Position numbers and translations under genes: made by a program. Source: Candidatus Shapirobacteria bacterium (GTDB lineage: Bacteria > Patescibacteriota > Microgenomatia > UBA12405). From it: DNA of 45,725 bases. Shown in pieces: positions 18,764 through 27,205 of the stretch. Location: NCBI GenBank assembly GCA_023245435.1, contig JAHFKH010000002.1, positions 1 to 45,725 of the forward strand. Reading direction: 5' to 3'. Position 1 is the stretch's first letter; each line of letters begins with the position of its first letter. The notes below the pieces were generated by a model. The model saw nothing but the letters and a program-made list of their open reading frames with translations. It did not search any database and was not told the origin of the DNA.

Positions 18764-19351
18764 TTAGAATAATAAAGCAATGATTTGATCCGATATTTTG
18801 GCCGAATCCATTCTTTTGTTAAGAAATGAATATTCCAAAAGTAATCCATCCATCATGCTGGTAAGTAATGAGGTTAATAATTTGCTATCAATTTTTTTGG
18901 TCAATTTTTTACTGATTGATACCTCCTCAATTACTGGCTGGATTAAACAAATAAGCTGTTCTCTTAACTGAGCAATATGTTTCGTTATTTGAGAATCAGA
19001 TGAAGACAACTTAAACACAAAAGCTTTAACTAAATTTTTTTCCTTAAAACCAAAATCTAAGTAATTTTTGATTAGTCGATGTAACTTTTTGTCCACTGTC
19101 GTTTCGTTTAGGGCCGCTGTGATAGCTGAACTTAAATCATCAAAAACACCTTCGAGTACCTGTTCGTAAATTTCTGCCTTACCAGTAAAATGATAATAAA
19201 GTGCCGCTTTTGTAATATTTAGTTTTTTTGCAATGTCACTCATAGACACGCCCAGATAGCTATATTCGGAGAAAAACCAACGAGCGGTATCAATAATATA
19301 TTTTTTGGTATTTTGAACTACTCCTTCAGATTGTATTGTGGTTGCTTGCAT
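18764..19351 (-). CDS. TetR/AcrR family transcriptional regulator
   Basis: HTH IIDTARWFFSEYSYLGVSMSDIAKKLNITKAALYYHFTGK. Confidence 0.85.
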   Translation of the reverse strand: MQATTIQSEGVVQNTKKYIIDTARWFFSEYSYLGVSMSDIAKKLNITKAALYYHFTGKAEIYEQVLEGVFDDLSSAITAALNETTVDKKLHRLIKNYLDFGFKEKNLVKAFVFKLSSSDSQITKHIAQLREQLICLIQPVIEEVSISKKLTKKIDSKLLTSLLTSMMDGLLLEYSFLNKRMDSAKISDQIIALLF

Positions 19352-19372
19352 AGTTTTGATTTATTCTATTTT

Positions 19373-19390
19373 ACTTACCGCTCGGTAAGT
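19373..19390. promoter_or_regulatory. perfect palindrome ACTTACCG-CT-CGGTAAGT (TetR operator or recombinase att-type core)
   Basis: The 8-bp arms are exact reverse complements around a CT dinucleotide. It lies 22-39 nt upstream of the TetR start (19351) and 41 nt beyond the recombinase stop codon (19431). Confidence 0.5.
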
Positions 19391-19430
19391 TATCGTTAGG
19401 TTATCAAAATGGCAAATGCATGTCAAATGT

Positions 19431-20756
19431 TTAAGTTTTAATTGTCAGTTGCTTGTTGTGCAGTATAAATTTTGTCTTTATTGCCGACATTATTTGAATT
19501 CTGTCCTCAGCTGAGCCAGCTTTTAGAACATGGAGTAAGTATTCTTTTGCCGTATCTCGATCTAGAGGTATTTTTTGAGGGTAATCAAATTGGTTTAGAT
19601 TTCCAGCTAAAAATTCTTGATGAAGCACCTCGCCTCTCAGTGAATGGAATCTTTCGATTTCGTCTTTTAGTTGATTTGTTAACAATTTTTCGTCAAGTTT
19701 TATCTCATCAATATGAGCGAGTAGTTGTTGGATTAATTCCTCTTCGTTGATGTACGGCTCTTCGCAGTCATAATCAACATGCCGACCACAGTGATAATAA
19801 ACATATTTTTTAAATCTTCCGTATTTATATCTCTTATATTTTTCTTCGGCCGTTATCCACCCTCCACAACCTCCACATTTACATAATCCTCTAAACGGAA
19901 ATAGTTTTTTATTCCACTCTTTAAGGGGAACATATAATTGTTTTTGGGCTTTATCAAAGATTTCTCTTGTTATTAATGGTTCATGATTTCCTTTATAGAT
20001 AATTCCTCCGAACTCAAACTCACCGTAGTAATAGGTATTTTTGAGTAATTTATAAACCTTACTTAACGCCAGTGGTTTTCCACTTCTAGTAGTAAATCCA
20101 ATCTTATCCAACCACATTTTCACCACCCTTCCACTTTGTCCCTTTTCAGCTACTCGATTAAATATTTGTTTAATAATTGAGGCACGTTCTTTATCAACTT
20201 CTACGTAGCTGATTCGGTTATAACTCATAACGTTTAGATACCCAAGTGGAGCTATGTTAGGCCTCCATCCTGCCTCACACTTAGCTTTCATACCTCTTTT
20301 GACGTTGATGCCTCTATTATCGTTTTCCAGCTTGGCTTGGGAGCATAAGATCATCAGTAAAAATTTCTCATTTGGATTATTTGAAAATGTTTGAGAAAAA
20401 GTGCGAATTGTTTGTAATTTTCCCTGATCCATTAAATCTACTAGTGTTCCCAAATCTCCGGCATTTCTGCTCAATCTGTCGGGTGCCCAGGTTAATATAG
20501 CATCAAATTCTCCAGATCTGATATCAATTAATAGTTGGTTAAAGACTGGTCGAAGTCCTGATGACTTGGCTGAGTGACTTTCCTGCCGAATTTCCTTAAT
20601 AAATAGGTTCTCTCTTTCAGCCAATGTTTTCATTTCATTGATTTGGGATTCGATCGACATGGCTTGTCGTTCGTCTGATTCCGATGATTTTCTAGCGTAT
20701 AGGCAATACCTAGTTTGCTTTATTTCCTGTATCTTTCCATCTTCTTTCTTCTTCAT
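19431..20756 (-). CDS. large serine recombinase (integrase)
   Basis: Resolvase catalytic domain YCLYARKSSESDERQAMSIESQ and DRLSRN. Recombinase domain. Zinc-ribbon CKCGGCGG...YYHCGRH. C-terminal coiled coil. Confidence 0.92.
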   Translation of the reverse strand: MKKKEDGKIQEIKQTRYCLYARKSSESDERQAMSIESQINEMKTLAERENLFIKEIRQESHSAKSSGLRPVFNQLLIDIRSGEFDAILTWAPDRLSRNAGDLGTLVDLMDQGKLQTIRTFSQTFSNNPNEKFLLMILCSQAKLENDNRGINVKRGMKAKCEAGWRPNIAPLGYLNVMSYNRISYVEVDKERASIIKQIFNRVAEKGQSGRVVKMWLDKIGFTTRSGKPLALSKVYKLLKNTYYYGEFEFGGIIYKGNHEPLITREIFDKAQKQLYVPLKEWNKKLFPFRGLCKCGGCGGWITAEEKYKRYKYGRFKKYVYYHCGRHVDYDCEEPYINEEELIQQLLAHIDEIKLDEKLLTNQLKDEIERFHSLRGEVLHQEFLAGNLNQFDYPQKIPLDRDTAKEYLLHVLKAGSAEDRIQIMSAIKTKFILHNKQLTIKT

Positions 20757-20812
20757 GACACTACTGTACCGCAGGTTTTGTGGAAGTCTAGGAGATAAAT
20801 GTATGTTTTAAA

Positions 20813-21700
20813 CTACAAATCAAGCGTCTCGGGCATTATGGAAGCGCAAGTTAACCCAAACGTCACTGATACTTTTTTTGCTTCTTCTGGAGTTAGTTCC
20901 TTCCAAATTTTTTCTTTTTCGTAAGCGACAATTTCCTCAGTTGTAATTTCTCTTGTTTGAAAACTGGTTTCTTTAACGTTGTAAATGCCTTTAGCATTAA
21001 TTATTTCAATATTACCGATAAAGTGTCTTTCCACGACATCGTAATAGAATTGGAGAGTGTCCACGGTTAAAGTCTCACCCTCAAGGGTCAAAATCTGTTT
21101 TTGATTTTGATTTGGTGGGGTATAGATATAACTGCCTGGTTTCCTGGTCAACTGGTTTTCGTTCCACAAGCGAGCAAAAACTTCATATGCGGTTGCAGTT
21201 TTGCCATTATCGACGACTAATTTGATAACTTTAGGATCTGTCGAAACGGTTCCTTTAAAAGCTGAACTGGTAGAAACACTTAAACTCATTCCTTTAATCA
21301 TTGTGTCTGAAATCATAGAAGAGGCGTAAAGCTTTGTTTTTATGTCCTTATCCTCAGTATCAACTAATGCCAATAAATCAATTCCCAACTCAGAGGCCAT
21401 ATTTACAGCAGTACTCGTATAAGGTGAATTAGAAACAATGGATCCCTTTTTGGCGCCAATATCTTGAAGTTTAGTATTAAATGCTTCGATGACGGGTATA
21501 TCAACAGGTCTTTTATAATCCTTACATTCAAAAGCAATAAAATCATAATTTGATGGATCAACTAGTTTTACATCAACCTGTCGTCTACCTTTAGAAAGTT
21601 TTCCCCGCAAAAAGACGTTTTTGTAAACTTCTGATTCGGGGTTGAAACCCTTGATCATCTCACGGGTTTTATCTTCAAATTTTTTCCATTTTTTTATCAT
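20813..21700 (-). CDS. Mrr-cat type restriction endonuclease-like domain protein with ~170-aa C-terminal domain of unknown function
   Basis: PD-(D/E)xK layout RRQVDVKLV...DFIAFECKDYKRPVDIPVIEAF...AKKGSIVSNSPYTSTAVNMASELGIDLLAL matches the Mrr_cat pattern. I recognise no family for the C-terminal half. Confidence 0.65.
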   Translation of the reverse strand: MIKKWKKFEDKTREMIKGFNPESEVYKNVFLRGKLSKGRRQVDVKLVDPSNYDFIAFECKDYKRPVDIPVIEAFNTKLQDIGAKKGSIVSNSPYTSTAVNMASELGIDLLALVDTEDKDIKTKLYASSMISDTMIKGMSLSVSTSSAFKGTVSTDPKVIKLVVDNGKTATAYEVFARLWNENQLTRKPGSYIYTPPNQNQKQILTLEGETLTVDTLQFYYDVVERHFIGNIEIINAKGIYNVKETSFQTREITTEEIVAYEKEKIWKELTPEEAKKVSVTFGLTCASIMPETLDL

Positions 21701-21751
21701 ATTTCAAATATTTATCAACCGACATGATTATAATCTTATCCCAGGTATATA

Positions 21752-22258
21752 ATGTTAAAATTTGCAATGAAGAGAATTTTAGTTTTGTTATTTTTAGTCG
21801 GAATCATCACGGTTGGAGTTGCTTATTTCAAATCTAATAAAATTCCCGCTGATGATTTCAAAGCCCCAGGTAAAAGTTGGAATTCGCCTAAAAAAGTCGA
21901 AGATTATTTCGTTGAAAAACTGAGATTTACTCAAAGTGATTTAGAAAGACAAAAACAAAGCGAAACGGTCGATTTTCGGCCCGGCAAAGGCTCTACGCTA
22001 GAGGCAATTGTAAGTAACCTTCAATATTATGGATTCATTCGGAGTGAAAAAGCCTTAATGTATGCTTTAGAAAATACCAAAGATACTACTCAAGGAAACC
22101 CGGGAGCACTCTCTGTTGGCAGGAATGGGTCGATTGATACTGTAGCCAGTTACCGGGTTTCGGAAAATATGACTACCTGGGAAATGGCTGATACTTTACT
22201 TAACAAATCACACTATTTTGGTCCGAATGATGAGTACAACTATATGTTTATGCCCTAA
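21752..22258 (+). CDS. membrane-anchored hypothetical protein (weak YceG/MltG N-domain-like segment)
   Basis: N-terminal TM helix ILVLLFLVGIITVGVAYF. The segment GKGSTLEAIVSNLQYYGFIRSEKAL resembles the MltG N-terminal lobe, but the similarity is weak. Confidence 0.55.
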   Translation: MLKFAMKRILVLLFLVGIITVGVAYFKSNKIPADDFKAPGKSWNSPKKVEDYFVEKLRFTQSDLERQKQSETVDFRPGKGSTLEAIVSNLQYYGFIRSEKALMYALENTKDTTQGNPGALSVGRNGSIDTVASYRVSENMTTWEMADTLLNKSHYFGPNDEYNYMFMP

Positions 22259-22263
22259 ACTTC

Positions 22264-22289
22264 AAACCCTCCGATTTCTCAGAGGGTTT
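22264..22289. terminator. bidirectional stem-loop AAACCCTC-N10-GAGGGTTT
   Basis: Perfect 8-bp stem between two convergent genes (ends at 22258 and 22309), flanked by A/T runs. Confidence 0.6.
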
Positions 22290-22308
22290 AATTGAATTCT
22301 CTTTTTAA

Positions 22309-22851
22309 TTATTTTATTAGAGATATTTGTTTCTCGGTTCCAAATAATCCACCTTTGACCAATAGTTTTAAGTCGGTGGCATCATCGGGTAAGTCGAAGA
22401 CTATGTCGCCAGTTACTGATAGTCCAGGCTGTACCTGTTGCAAGAACATGTCTATCTTGCCTTGAGATAATCCTTTGGCTGTTTGACCTTCGATTGATCT
22501 ATCAAACTTTCTACCTTGGGAATCAGTAATTTTTATCATTGAGCTGTCAATTGTGACCGTCTCCTTGCCAACATTCTTGACATTTAGTGTCACCACATAG
22601 AAAGTACCTTGGGCATCCTTTTTGGTATAAGAGCTACCCAATGATTTTGCAGTAGTAACGCCTGTCGCAGTAAATGCCAGATCCTTATCGGTTACTGTGT
22701 CGTTAAGTTTGGCTACGGCATCTTCTTTTTTGGCTCCATTTTGAGTAGTACCACTATTGTTGGTGTTTGAACCCTTACCACCCCCTGAAATTGCACCAAT
22801 TATCATAATAATTACAAAGGCGATTACGCCCCATTTGAGTATTTTTTTCAT
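22309..22851 (-). CDS. DUF4352-like membrane-anchored / secreted beta-sandwich protein
   Basis: ATG at 22851 gives MKKILKWGVIAFVIIMIIGAI (TM anchor), a low-complexity linker, then FYVVTLNVKNVGKETVTIDSS...GDIVFDLP, which is typical of DUF4352. The 41-codon upstream extension in the track is not credible. Confidence 0.7.
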   Translation of the reverse strand: MKKILKWGVIAFVIIMIIGAISGGGKGSNTNNSGTTQNGAKKEDAVAKLNDTVTDKDLAFTATGVTTAKSLGSSYTKKDAQGTFYVVTLNVKNVGKETVTIDSSMIKITDSQGRKFDRSIEGQTAKGLSQGKIDMFLQQVQPGLSVTGDIVFDLPDDATDLKLLVKGGLFGTEKQISLIK

Positions 22852-22907
22852 ATTTTTTGAATAAATATTTCTAACTAATAATTCACGTATATGATGACAC
22901 ATTTTAT

Positions 22908-23186
22908 TTGTTAAGTCTATGTTTACTGCGTGGCAGTATTCTAATACTTGAATATGATGAATCTGTGTTATCAAAAGATGCTTTTACCAAAAAACTAGCT
23001 GAAAAAATCAAGAAAGCCAGAGAAGAATCAGGTATATCTCAGGAAGAACTGGCACACCAAGCGGGACTTTACCGAACTTACATCGGCCATTTGGAAAATG
23101 CCAAATATTCACCAACGGCATATGTAATTTATAAAATCAGCAAAGTCCTGAACATTAAGGCTGACGATTTACTTCCGGGTAATTAA
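22908..23186 (+). CDS. XRE-family HTH transcriptional regulator
   Basis: HTH core ISQEELAHQAGLYRTYIGHLENAKYSPTAYVIYKISKVL. The track start at 22908 is TTG. An in-frame GTG at 22965 would give a more typical 73-aa protein. Its 3' end overlaps the TerL 3' end by 4 nt (convergent). Confidence 0.8.
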   Translation: MLSLCLLRGSILILEYDESVLSKDAFTKKLAEKIKKAREESGISQEELAHQAGLYRTYIGHLENAKYSPTAYVIYKISKVLNIKADDLLPGN

Positions 23187-24691
23187 AATCTTGTATTCAT
23201 CGAAATAGACTCTAGCCTATCAAGGCCGTAGTTTCTGTCGTACAAACTACTTCCACAGCTGATAATCATTATTCCGGGTACGGGTTTATTGTCGATTTCC
23301 AAAATCTTTAGTATTAATAAGGAAAAGGCGTCAGCAAGATCATCATGTTTTTCGATTCCAAATCCGACTAGCTGACTTATTAACTCCTCGGCTCCTTTTC
23401 GAGGAAATAAAATTTTACCCTGTTCAATTAAATGAGTCACTAACGCCAATCTAGAACGCTTGTCCTGTCCATTAACCTTAACGCCCTCACAATGAATATT
23501 TCGGTCTCCTAAATGCTGGATTATTGATTGTTGGTATCCAACGTCTTCGATAAATATTTTTGATTCCTTTCCTAAAATTGACGATAGTTCTTCAATTTTT
23601 GAAACCGTTTGAGGAAAAGTCAGTCTTTGATTGACTGGATTTGGATAAATATATATTTCTAGGTTTTCTTTACCACCATATACTTTGGCAGTAACCATAG
23701 TTGTATAATCTGCTGAATCTTTTTGAGAAATTGCCAAATCAATGCCAGTTCCAATTAGTTTGAAATCCTTTTTATCTCTCTCGATTTCATTGTAGAATTT
23801 TATCCATTCAGGGTGAACTAACCTATCAGCATCAGAAATTATTTTTAGCAAATATTCTCGATACCATGAAGATTCAGACCCAATGCTAGATCTCAACTTA
23901 TTAATTGCTTCCATGTTTGGGAACTTTCCTGGCCACGCGATCGTTTCATGTTTATCGACTAGTGGAACAGATAGAAATTTACCGCTAAGTTTTTTATTAT
24001 CTATCATCGCTTTGAGTCGCATGAGTAAACAATCCTCATGGAGTAAGTTTCCGACGATAATATATTTTGTAAAATTATCACCGACCGGGAACACCTCACC
24101 AGTCAGCCATTGAGAAGTTTTGTCTCGACTCTCCCTAGTTTTAGTATTGTTTAAGTCCTCTACATCGTCGCAGATCACTAAATCTGGTCGATATTGACCG
24201 TGTCTTAAACCACGAATACTCTGTTCCGTTGAGGCAACCGCTATTCGGGCATCGAAGTTAGATAAAACAATAGAGGTCGACCCCCATTCGTCATTAACTT
24301 CCTGAAACGGCCCGATATCCTTTTTAAGTAATTCGTTAGTTTCCAACTCTCTCTTAATATTAGTGAGATGAAGCCTGGCCTGTTGTTGAGTTTGACCTAC
24401 AATTAGTACAAACTTCTTCTGTTGACTTCCAGTAATTGCCCAGATTGGATATGACAAACTCATGATTGTTGATTTACTTGACCCCCTAAAGGCAATGACA
24501 ATTCCCAACTTCAAATTTGTGTCTTCGGTCAGGGAAAACATTTCATTATGAAACGGAGCAAATGGATAGCCGATGTAGTGGCTAAAATAAATAGTAAAAA
24601 ACCAGAAGTGGCTGTTTCTGGCCAACGCCTTGCGGACACTTCTTTTCTTTTTTATCTCGACGAGTTCACTTTCATTTAATGTTTGGATCAT
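23183..24691 (-). CDS. phage terminase large subunit
   Basis: Walker A-like AFRGSSKST and Walker B LVICDDVED. C-terminal RNaseH-like nuclease motifs TGIDLAIS and EKHDDLADAF. ATG at 24691 is preceded by GAAGGAGGG. Confidence 0.85.
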   Translation of the reverse strand: MIQTLNESELVEIKKKRSVRKALARNSHFWFFTIYFSHYIGYPFAPFHNEMFSLTEDTNLKLGIVIAFRGSSKSTIMSLSYPIWAITGSQQKKFVLIVGQTQQQARLHLTNIKRELETNELLKKDIGPFQEVNDEWGSTSIVLSNFDARIAVASTEQSIRGLRHGQYRPDLVICDDVEDLNNTKTRESRDKTSQWLTGEVFPVGDNFTKYIIVGNLLHEDCLLMRLKAMIDNKKLSGKFLSVPLVDKHETIAWPGKFPNMEAINKLRSSIGSESSWYREYLLKIISDADRLVHPEWIKFYNEIERDKKDFKLIGTGIDLAISQKDSADYTTMVTAKVYGGKENLEIYIYPNPVNQRLTFPQTVSKIEELSSILGKESKIFIEDVGYQQSIIQHLGDRNIHCEGVKVNGQDKRSRLALVTHLIEQGKILFPRKGAEELISQLVGFGIEKHDDLADAFSLLILKILEIDNKPVPGIMIISCGSSLYDRNYGLDRLESISMNTRF

Positions 24692-25103
24692 TTTTCCCTC
24701 CTTCAATTGAATTTTCTAATGTGTTTGGTAAGACCGAGGCCAATTTCAGTGCCTTCATTACTAGTGCTTCCTGCTCTGGCGACAATTGCTCATCGTCGTG
24801 TTTTAATTTGGCAGTTACTTCTACTCTCGTGGCATATGATGGATGATGGTTACGTAACCAAAAAATAATGGCAGTCAAATTCTTATCTCTAATTGCACTC
24901 ATAAGTTGAGATTCAGCCATATCATTAACCAAACCATTACCATCAGAAATTGCCTCGTTAACTGCGGCCGCAAACTTTTCATCATCGCTTTTCCAACGAT
25001 AAAAACTGGCTCGACCAATGCCGACTTTTTCACAGGCAACTTGAACCACAGGTGTCTTTTTTAGTTGTTCAATTAACAGTTGTTTTTCATTTTTTGTTTT
25101 CAT
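24672..25103 (-). CDS. terminase small subunit-like HTH protein
   Basis: N-terminal HTH VVQVACEKVGIGRASFYRWKSDDEKF. It lies immediately upstream of TerL and overlaps it. The function call rests mainly on position. Confidence 0.55.
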   Translation of the reverse strand: MKTKNEKQLLIEQLKKTPVVQVACEKVGIGRASFYRWKSDDEKFAAAVNEAISDGNGLVNDMAESQLMSAIRDKNLTAIIFWLRNHHPSYATRVEVTAKLKHDDEQLSPEQEALVMKALKLASVLPNTLENSIEGGKNDPNIK

Positions 25104-25830
25104 ACTTTTTCAGTTTGTTAAATCGATCAATAATTGTTTGGCAGTACTCAGGATCAATTTCCACCATCAAGCATTTTCGTTTTGTTTGCTCACAGGCGAT
25201 AAGAGTAGATCCTGAACCACCAAAAGGGTCGTAAACATAATCACCAATCTGAGTACTATTGAGAATCAAATGTCGCAGAAGTGATATTGGTTTCATGGTT
25301 GGATGTAGTGGGCTTTTGTTGGGTTTGGGAAAAGCCAAAATACTTTTATCCTTACTCTTAAAGAATTGGTGGGTGCCAAACCAGCCATAAGCGATCAACT
25401 CGTGTTGGGGTAGATAATCCATCCGACCAATGACTGAGTGGTTTTTTATCCAGATTAAAAGTTGGCAAAATTTGAAACCGGAAATATCAAGTGCCTTTTT
25501 AAGCGCAAACAACATTTTGTCAGAATTAAAAATGTAGTAACTATTTTTAGCGGATAAATATGGCTTCATAATCTCCAACCATTGTTGAGTAAATAATTGA
25601 TATGATTCATCCGTTTGAACCTGATCGTTGGCGATTACTTTTCTCTTAACTTGTGATTTCGAGAACCCATTTTTACTTTCCACGTACGCTACACCATAAG
25701 GGACATCTGCCAATATAAGTCGAACACTTTTACTTGAAAGTAACTTTTCAACCATTACCTTATCGGTTGAGTCGCCACATAAAAGCAGGTGGTCGCCAAG
25801 GGTAACTATGTCGCCGTTTTTAATTAACAT
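25087..25830 (-). CDS. DNA methyltransferase (N6_N4_Mtase family, beta class)
   Basis: Motif IV variant DVPYG comes early and motif I DPFGGSGSTLIACE comes late. Strong SD AGGAGGTGA before the ATG at 25830. Confidence 0.85.
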   Translation of the reverse strand: MLIKNGDIVTLGDHLLLCGDSTDKVMVEKLLSSKSVRLILADVPYGVAYVESKNGFSKSQVKRKVIANDQVQTDESYQLFTQQWLEIMKPYLSAKNSYYIFNSDKMLFALKKALDISGFKFCQLLIWIKNHSVIGRMDYLPQHELIAYGWFGTHQFFKSKDKSILAFPKPNKSPLHPTMKPISLLRHLILNSTQIGDYVYDPFGGSGSTLIACEQTKRKCLMVEIDPEYCQTIIDRFNKLKKYENKK

Positions 25831-27097
25831 ACTTCACCTCCTTGCCAGTTAATTTTTGATAGCGGGAAATAATTAAATCGCAAAATATCGGTTCGTGTTC
25901 AATCATCAAGCACCTTCGTTTTAATTGCTCGCAGGCGATTAATGTTGAACCTGATCCACCGAATAAATCTAAAACAGCGTCCCCAACACTAGTACAACGC
26001 CTTAGCGCTTTTTCATGAAGGATGGGGCTCTTTTCTGTCGGATGTTCATATTCTCCACCCGATAATCTTTTCACCAGCCAAATGTTTAACAAATCCAAAA
26101 TGTCGTCAATAGTTCGATTGCCTGAGCCAATTTCTTTATTGAGAATCTCATTTAAGTTTTTCGGGTTTTCAGAAATTGTAGGCTTGCCGATAGTTCCATA
26201 AATACAAGCCTCATACGATTTATTAAAAGCAATATTTGGAGTAGGAGAAAAGCCATTTTTAATCCACAAGCAAGTCCGCTTGTTTTCAATTCCTAGTTCT
26301 GTAAATAGTCCTTGAACTAGGCCAATGTGGTTTTCATCATTCCAATAAAATACATGACAATCTGGTTTGGAAATAGTTAACGCATTTTGAATTGTCTTTT
26401 TCAAAAATTCTCTGTACTCAGAGTCAGTTTTGTTGTCATCGGTCTTACCTCCATATTTACTTTTACCTCCGACTCCTTTGTTGTAGTCGAGAGAAATATT
26501 GTAGGGCGGGTCACAGTAGATCATCGATATTGTCTTTTCTCTAGTTAGCTTTTGAACAATCCCAAGGCTTGTACTATCACCGCAAATTAATAGATGAGAA
26601 CCAAGTTGAACAATATCTCCAACTTTTGTTTTAGGGATCTTAATTTTCTCCAACTCTTTTTCGGTATTGAAGTTATCGTCCTCAATATCGAGATTTTCGT
26701 CCCAAATTCTAGACAAATCATTGTTATCAAAACCAATGTCCATCAACATTTCGATATCAAAATTCTTGAGTAGATCAAAATCCCAATCACCAGATACCTT
26801 ATTTAAAGTTAGATTAAGTTTTTTCTCTCTTTCGATATTATCTATGTCAATAAAATTTACTGGCACAGTTTTATACCCCAATTCTTTGGCTATTTTTAGC
26901 CTAAAATGCCCAGCAATCACCACTCCATATCTTGACTTATTTCCATTAGCCAAAATTGGCACCACAAAACCATTTTCCTTGATACTTTTCTTCAAATCAG
27001 AGATAGCTTTCTCGCTCCAGTATCGGGGATTATACTCGGATGGAATTAGGTCATTAATATTTACCTCAACTGTTTGAATCTCTGTTTTATTTTTCAT
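25820..27097 (-). CDS. ParB-like nuclease domain fused to DNA methyltransferase
   Basis: N-terminal ParBc-like LIPSEYNPRYW...VVIAGHFRLKIAKELG. MTase motif IV CDPPYN and motif I DLFGGSGSTLIACE. Overlaps the next MTase gene by 11 nt. Confidence 0.85.
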   Translation of the reverse strand: MKNKTEIQTVEVNINDLIPSEYNPRYWSEKAISDLKKSIKENGFVVPILANGNKSRYGVVIAGHFRLKIAKELGYKTVPVNFIDIDNIEREKKLNLTLNKVSGDWDFDLLKNFDIEMLMDIGFDNNDLSRIWDENLDIEDDNFNTEKELEKIKIPKTKVGDIVQLGSHLLICGDSTSLGIVQKLTREKTISMIYCDPPYNISLDYNKGVGGKSKYGGKTDDNKTDSEYREFLKKTIQNALTISKPDCHVFYWNDENHIGLVQGLFTELGIENKRTCLWIKNGFSPTPNIAFNKSYEACIYGTIGKPTISENPKNLNEILNKEIGSGNRTIDDILDLLNIWLVKRLSGGEYEHPTEKSPILHEKALRRCTSVGDAVLDLFGGSGSTLIACEQLKRRCLMIEHEPIFCDLIISRYQKLTGKEVKYVN

Positions 27098-27205
27098 ATT
27101 AATTTAATTTTATTGGTGGCAAACTAAAAACTTATATATTTTTAGTTGAGGCCAAATTAATATGGGAATAATACCTGTAAATAAAAACCTAAAATACCGT
27201 GTCCT

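Noticed and set aside
22852-22974. N-terminal extensions offered by the track: 22309-22974, and also 36274-37575, 9298-11502, 11486-12121, 29799-30698, 31479-31955, 31966-32412, 947-2131 and 23183-24706.
   Set aside because: The extensions start at TTG or GTG. They precede an in-frame ATG that gives a proper signal/TM or domain start, in some cases with an SD, and they would invade the neighbouring gene or a divergent promoter.
26667-27077. 136-aa plus-strand ORF antisense to the ParB-MTase gene.
   Set aside because: Its Ser/Leu/Phe-rich translation is typical of the antisense strand of an AT-rich gene. It has no start context, and the opposite strand has clear ParB and MTase motifs.
27121-27146. 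AT-only hairpin AACTAAAAA-N8-TTTTTAGTT between 27206-27952 and the ParB-MTase gene, considered as a terminator.
   Set aside because: The stem is purely A/T, has no following U-tract, and lies inside what looks like a single transcription unit. That is too weak to call.
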